13,625 bases of DNA from Octopus sinensis (taxonomy: Eukaryota): contig NW_021826097.1 of the NCBI RefSeq assembly GCF_006345805.1, forward strand, positions 1-13,625, in the 5' to 3' direction. Both the position numbers and the translations under genes were made by a program. Positions 8,520 through 13,625 of this stretch are shown one piece after another (the stretch's first letter is position 1; each line of letters starts with the position of its first letter). A model generated the notes under the pieces. It saw only the letters and a program-made list of their open reading frames with translations, had not been told where the DNA came from and searched no databases.

Positions 8520-9003
8520 ATAAATAACAGATGAAATGAATAATGCCAAACGCTAAAGTCCGAGAGAGATGCTTTGAAAAATGAAAGAAAATCTGTTATA
8601 AGTTGATTTAAATGTATCAGTAGTAAATACTATTACATTTTCTCAATTTGATAACTGATTATTACCTATCGATCAACATATACTGTTTAAGCCATTGATT
8701 TCAGAAAATCAATAACCATGATGGATAAAGACATACAAATAAATATGCAAATAATTATGTTTACTAGAAAAAAAAATCGATCCCTTTTTATTATTTTTTT
8801 TTTTTTCAATGGCAGAATATGGATGAAAAAACAAACAAAATAATACAGAACTCTTTGATGTATGGGCGCCAGAGATTGTTGAGGAAATTTCAAATTTAAG
8901 TGGATTTCATCTTTTAGTTCTGATTAGACCTGAATAAAAAGTTCCAAACCATCAGGGGAAGACTTTCGAGAGAGAATACAAATGACGATCACTTAACATC
9001 CAG
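8520..9003 (+). pseudogene. Fossil PLE block 2: reverse transcriptase core
   Basis: NAKSE, SVIS*FKCISSK (from 8592), FSQFD (8638-8652) / DYYLSI, AIDFRKSITMMDKDIQI..IMFTRK..SLL..NGRIWMKK (8691-8828), LFDV (8851-8862), GFHLL, and YK/DDHL (8977-8995) at the expected YRDDGL catalytic position. Confidence 0.82.
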
Positions 9004-9009
9004 GTATAC

Positions 9010-9012
<3 letters not shown>

Positions 9013-9052
<40 letters not shown>

Positions 9053-9072
9053 TCTCTCTCTCTCTCTCTCTT

Positions 9073-9164
<92 letters not shown>
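9013..9164. repeat. Compound (TA)n-(CT)n-(TA)n microsatellite
   Basis: Read directly from the sequence. The (CT)n run of about 78 nt lies at 9051-9128. Confidence 0.97.
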
Positions 9165-9165
<1 letters not shown>

Positions 9166-9168
<3 letters not shown>

Positions 9169-9453
9169 GAGGTGCAATGGCCCAGTGGTTAAGGCAGCGG
9201 ACTCACGGTCGCAGGATCGCGGTTTCGATTCCCAGACCAGGCGTTGTGAGTGTTTATTGAGCGAAAACACCTAAAAGCTCCACGAGGCTCCGGCAAGGGG
9301 GCGGTGATCCCTGCTGTACTCTTTCACCACTCTTTCTTCTCTTGGCCTGCTCGCTTAGCCAGCGGGGTGGCGTCATTCGAAGGCTAAAACAATGCAAATG
9401 CATTGTGACCAGCGATGTGTAACAACATCTGATGGCCTGGTCGGTCACGTGAT

Positions 9454-9460
<7 letters not shown>
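9166..9460 (+). mobile_element. Family C tRNA-derived SINE, complete, inside (TA)n
   Basis: tRNA-like head TGGCCCAGTGGTTAAGG...GGTTTCGATTCCC. It ends in (TCACGTGA)x2 at 9445-9460, with (TA)n on both flanks. Confidence 0.85.
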
Positions 9461-9500
<40 letters not shown>

Positions 9501-9544
9501 TAAGATAGATAGATATAGCTGCCCAGGCTCCATGTCTGCTTTCG

Positions 9545-9633
9545 CCAGAGAGACCATGCCAAAACAGACACGGAACCTTGTCAAACTGTCCAACCTATGC
9601 CAGCATGGAAAACAGACGTTAAATGATGATGAT
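9545..9633 (+). mobile_element. Family D retroposon 3' end with an (ATG)n tail
   Basis: aaactgtccaacctatgccagcatggaaaacagacgttaaatgatgatgat matches the reverse complement of the tail of 12265-12492. Confidence 0.8.
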
Positions 9634-9668
9634 AATATATATATTGTATCCAAAAGATAAATATACAC

Positions 9669-10163
9669 ATGCACATACATACATACATACATGCATACAT
9701 ACATACATTCATACATACATGCAAACATACATACATGCATGCATACATGCATACATACATACAAACATACATACATGCATACATACATACATACATGCAT
9801 ACATACATACATGCATACATACATACATACATGCATACATACATACATGCATACATACATACATGCATACATGCATACATACATGCATACATACATGCAT
9901 ACATACATACATGCATACATGCATACATACATACATGCATACATGCATACATGCATACATTCATACATACATACATACATTCATACATACATACATACAT
10001 ACATGCATACATAGAAACATACATACAAACATACATACATACATACATACATACAAACATACCTAACTACATACATACATGTATACATACATACATACAT
10101 ACATACATACATACATACATACAAACATACATGCATACACACATACATACATACATACATACA
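9669..10163. repeat. Tetranucleotide array of about 495 bp, (ACAT)n with GCAT, TCAT and AAAC variants
   Basis: Read directly from the sequence. It is the source of the overlapping MYVC/HTYI ORFs. Confidence 0.97.
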
Positions 10164-10169
10164 TGCTGA

Positions 10170-10808
10170 TATAGTGACAGAGGGCAGATGGGTCTATTAA
10201 GGATTTGATATAATCACTCTATATCTTGAACCTAAAATTCCATTGTAAGAACTGGATATTTGGTTGTAACTTTCAACCTGCAAAATGGACTATTCCATGA
10301 AAGCTAACTATTTACTATTATGTAGAGACTGCAAATATAATTATCCACCATACAATATATTCTGAGAAATCTCCCTACCAACTTGAGCAAGTGAATTGAA
10401 TCTTTCTCGTGATAAAGTAGCTTTTATAACAATGGTGCATGTGTAAATTAATGTACTGGCATCTAATAGCTTCGAGGAAACCACTGAACATGAGCAGATA
10501 GAAATTTCAAGGAAGAAACTGATTAGAGATTCTGCTGAATTATATGGTATAATCCTCCATTTTTAATTAACGTGAATACAAAGTATGCAAGTCATTATTT
10601 CAGCTCGTAAGAGGATATTTCTCCCCAGAAAACAAGTTTTAAAAAAAACTCTAAATCAAAATTTGTTTAAACTAACCTATCTAGTTTCTGCGAACTTTAC
10701 TAATAATGTAATGGATTTAAACAAAGGGAGGATTATGGAGAATTTGTGTAATCAGAATGTTAGACATAAGCAACAAGATGTAATTGACTTTCTTACAAAT
10801 GTATAAAT
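10170..10808 (+). pseudogene. Fossil PLE block 3: RT thumb and linker
   Basis: KDLI*SLYILNLK, GYLVVTFNLQNGLF (around 10263-10295) / MKAN, NYPP (10339-10350) / ILRNLPTNLSK, DKVAF..NVLASNSF, IIWYNPPFLINVNTK (from 10539), FQLVRGYFSPENKF / KKTLNQNLFKLTY..N, and RCN*. Confidence 0.85.
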
Positions 10809-10970
10809 AGTGGAGGCACAATGGCCCAGTAGTTAGGGCAGCGGACTCGTGGTCGTAGGATCGCGGTTTCAATTCCCAGACCGGGCGTTGTGAGTGTTTA
10901 TTGAGTGAAAACACCTAAAAGCTCCACGATGCTCCGGCAGGGGGTGGTGGCGACCCCTGCTGTACTCTTT
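10809..10970 (+). mobile_element. Family C SINE, 5' part only, abutting a family A copy
   Basis: About 90% similar by eye to 9166-9325. It stops at gtactcttt. Confidence 0.88.
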
Positions 10971-10972
10971 AA

Positions 10973-11137
10973 GGCGTAGGAGTGGCTGTGTGGTAAGTAG
11001 CTTGCTTACCAACCACATGGTTCTGGGTTCAGTCCCACTGCGTGGCATCTTGGGCAAGTGTCTTCTGCTATAGCCCCGGGCCGACCAATGCCTTGTGAGT
11101 GGATTTGGTAAACGGAAACTGAAAGAAGCCTGTCGTA

Positions 11138-11178
<41 letters not shown>

Positions 11179-11388
11179 TTGTGTGTCTGTGTTTGACCCC
11201 CTAGCATTGCTTGACAACCGATGCTGGTGTGTTTACATCCCCGTCACTTAGCGTTTCGGCAAAAGAGACCGATAGAATAAGTACTGGGCTTACAAAGAAT
11301 AAGTCCCGGGGTCGATTTACTCAACTAAAGGCGGTGCTCCAGCATGGCCGCAGTCAAATGACTGAAACAAGTAAAAGAGTAAAAGAGT
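10973..11388 (+). mobile_element. Family A SINE, full length and young
   Basis: Complete head, TA/TG linker, middle domain and (GTAAAAGA)2 tail. Highly similar to 2595-2990. Confidence 0.93.
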
Positions 11389-11390
11389 TA

Positions 11391-11470
11391 ATATATTTAC
11401 AACCGTTGTAAGATCCAGTATTAAGCAAAAATGGCAGTATCTATGTAGGTATGAGACAGAGCAAATTTAA
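11391..11470 (+). pseudogene. Fossil PLE block 4: GIY-YIG motifs
   Basis: IY..TTVV..IYVGM (11439-11453)..SKF. It ends at the TTAA where a MITE end begins. Confidence 0.6.
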
Positions 11471-11500
11471 CCCATTTATTACCATTTTTCTTTTAATGAG
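11467..11500 (-). mobile_element. Decayed terminal fragment of the same MITE in the opposite orientation
   Basis: ttaacccatttattaccatttttc resembles the reverse complement of the right end aaatatggtaacgaaagggttaa. Confidence 0.5.
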
Positions 11501-11518
11501 ACACATTATCAAACTGGT

Positions 11519-12002
11519 TTAACCCTTTCGTTACCAACCCGGCTGAAACCGCCTCTGGCTTTTTAGTATAAATGTCTTGTTTTCATAAGTTTTGAATGCA
11601 AATCTTCCACCAAATTTTAGTCACAATTTATGTTCCTAACACTAGCTGAATGATAACCAAGTAATTTTACTAAATTTTTTGTTATATTTACAATTAATTG
11701 AAAGAAGCACAGAGCATCTCAACAGAAATATGGTAACAAAAGTGTTGAAATATATAATACAGAAACAATTCTTAACCCTTTTTGGTACCAACCTGGTTGA
11801 AACCACTTCTGTCTCTGTAGTACAAATGTCTTGTTTTCATAAGTTTTGCATTAAAATCTTCCACCAAATTTTAGTCCCAATTTTTGTTCCTACCACTAGC
11901 TTAATGATAACGATGTTATTTTACTAAATTCTTTGTTATATTTAAAATAATTGGTAGAAACATAGAGCATCTCAAAATGAAATACAGTAACGAAAGGGTT
12001 AA
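11519..12002 (+). mobile_element. Tandem pair of piggyBac-type MITEs of about 222 bp (11523-11744 and 11776-11998) with TTAA flanks
   Basis: TTAA at 11519-11522, then CCCTTTCGTTAC...GTAACGAAAGGG, then TTAA at 11999-12002: a perfect 12-bp outer TIR. The two internal units align along their length. Confidence 0.88.
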
Positions 12003-12005
12003 AGT

Positions 12006-12238
12006 GGCCAGGTGGCAGAATTGTTAGCACACGGTGTTTCTTTGTGTATCTTTGTGTCTCTGCCCCACGACCACTGCTTGACAACCAGTGTTGGTGTGTT
12101 TATGTCCCCATAACTTAGCAGTACAGCAAAATAGACCTATAGGATAAGTTTTAGGCTGGGGTTAATTTGTCCAAATAAAACTCTTCAAGGCTGTGCTCCA
12201 GCATGGCCACAGTCAATTGACTGAAACATGAAAGATAC
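12006..12238 (+). mobile_element. Chimeric old SINE: family B-like head stub joined to the 3' half of old family A
   Basis: ggccaggtggcagaattgttagcac resembles the family B head. It is followed by ccactgcttgacaaccagtgttggtgtg...ctccagcatggccacagtc. Confidence 0.7.
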
Positions 12239-12264
12239 ATTTTATACATTGTAAAGAAGTGTAT

Positions 12265-12492
12265 ATCATCATCATCATCATCATCATCATCGTTTAGCGT
12301 CCGCTTTCCATGCTAGCATGGGTTGGACGGTTCAACTGGGGTCTGGGAAGCCAGAAGGCTGCACCAGGCTTCAGTCTGATCTAGCAATGTTTCTACGGCT
12401 GGATGCCCTTCCTAACGCCAACCTGTCTGTGAGTGTAGTGGGTGCTTTTTACGTGCCAGATGAGGCTGGCAAACGGCCATGATCGGATGGTG
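12265..12492 (-). mobile_element. Family D retroposon 3' part with an (ATC)n tail
   Basis: (ATC)9-gtttagcgtccgctttccatgctagcatgggttggacgg...ggatgcccttcctaacgccaac. Confidence 0.85.
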
Positions 12493-12505
12493 ATTATATA
12501 TGATA

Positions 12506-12710
12506 TCAAAATCCTTTGTATGGTTCTTGAAAAACAGAAACATCTCCCATGTCATGAAACGACGACACTTGAATAGAAGAAGGTATTTAATGGACAAAGA
12601 ACCAACTCATATTCAATCAAACGGTTGTAATATTTGGACAGTAGAAATGTTATAAAGTCAGAAATGGTAACTTCAGTATTCCATATGCATAAATATCTAC
12701 TTAAATATCT
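12506..12710 (+). pseudogene. Fossil PLE block 5: GIY-YIG C-terminus
   Basis: SKSFVWFLKNRNISHVMKR, SNGCNIWTVE and KSEMVTSVFHMHKYLLK, resembling LSKYIWxLK..IKW, KRCNLCLxEK and RSELxSxCRHxxKFLL. Confidence 0.72.
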
Positions 12711-12778
12711 TGATATCCCAATGAGGCATCGTTAAAAGTTTAGTTTATTGGTATATTTAATTCTTTTATCTGTAACTG

Positions 12779-13042
12779 AATCTATCTATACACATCTCTC
12801 TCTCTCTCTCTAGCTGTCTATCTATCTATCTGTCTGTCTGTCTGTCTGTATCAATCTATCTATCTGTCTGTCTATCAATCTATCTTTCTATCTATCTGTC
12901 TATCTATCTATCCATATGTCTATCTATCTCTCTATCTATCTATCTATCTATCTATTTATCTATCTATCTATCTAATTATTTATCTATCTATCTATCTATC
13001 CATCTGTCTATCTATCTATCTATCTATCTATCCATCCATCCA

Positions 13043-13074
<32 letters not shown>

Positions 13075-13075
13075 A

Positions 13076-13133
<58 letters not shown>

Positions 13134-13150
13134 TTATCTATCCATCTATC
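12779..13150. repeat. (TCTA)n / (TCTG)n / (CT)n microsatellite
   Basis: Read directly from the sequence. Confidence 0.97.
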
Positions 13151-13254
13151 TGTGTGTGTCTCTGTTTGCCTGCCTGTATCTCTGTCTATTTTTGGTCTTT
13201 TTATCTACATGCATATATATATATCTATGTTCTTTCTTTTTTCCTTTTTTCTTT

Positions 13255-13625
13255 CATTCTCTTATTTGTTTCAATCATTTGGCTTTGGCCATGCTGGAGC
13301 ACCGCCTTTAGTCGAGCAAATCAACCCCAGGACTTATTCTTTGTAATCTTAGTACTTATTTTATCTGTCTCTCTTGCCGAGCTACTAAGTGACGGGGATG
13401 TAAATACACCAGCATCGGTTATCAAGCAATGTTGAGGGGACAAACACAGCCACACAAACATATATATATATATATACATATATACGACAGGCTTCTTTCA
13501 GTTTCCGTCTACCAAATCCACTCACAAGGCTTTGGTCGGCCCAAGGCTATAGTGGAAGACACTTGCCCACACAGTGGGATTGAACTTTGAACCATATGGT
13601 TGGTAATGAAGCTACTTACCACACA
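13255..13625 (-). mobile_element. Family A SINE whose head is cut by the window end
   Basis: Reverse complement of tail, middle domain, linker and head. About 8 nt are deleted at about 13569, between two CCA microhomologies. Confidence 0.9.

Noticed and set aside
9166-9250. Functional tRNA gene at the family A, B or C heads
   Set aside because: A and B boxes are present, but no full cloverleaf was evident and each continues into a SINE body.
3389-10169. Long YI-, MYVC- and HTYI-rich ORFs in the ORF track
   Set aside because: Translations of microsatellites that lack stop codons in some frames.
10470-10806. Candidate host exons and ORF 10585-10806
   Set aside because: Better explained as one frame of the frameshifted PLE fossil; IIWYNPPF lies in an adjacent frame.
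12711-12780. Hammerhead at the 3' end of the + strand PLE fossil
   Set aside because: Only ccaatgagg resembles the core. There is no GAAAC box before the microsatellite begins.
626-13435. Recurrent ORFs such as ...[18 protein letters not shown]... and [17 protein letters not shown]
   Set aside because: Translations of family A SINE copies; they recur wherever the SINE occurs.

Overview
AT-rich eukaryotic non-coding DNA that is almost entirely repeats. The repeat families look like octopus (coleoid cephalopod) repeats; this is my recognition from memory, not a database search. I find no supportable host-gene exon, tRNA, rRNA or CRISPR array. Nearly all supplied ORFs are translations of microsatellites or SINEs. 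The visible layer is about 15 whole or partial copies of a tRNA-headed SINE with an internal TA/TG microsatellite (family A), other SINE-like families (B, C, D), one complete non-autonomous Helitron, TTAA-flanked piggyBac-type MITEs and long microsatellites. The main result is that the apparently unique DNA between these repeats translates into frameshifted but colinear remnants of Penelope-like retroelements (PLEs). A near full-length + strand fossil is split into five blocks across about 6020-12710 (N-terminal ADKS-NLYEM, RT FDI/FDV/YxDD, thumb TFNL/NxPP/IIWYNPPF, GIY-YIG IYVGM, C-terminal VWxLK). A - strand fossil at about 640-1520 is followed 3' by two degenerate hammerhead-ribozyme-like motifs about 270 nt apart. 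Two more tentative GIY-YIG fragments lie at about 3030-4180. All protein motif matches were made by eye against remembered PLE consensus and need profile-HMM confirmation.
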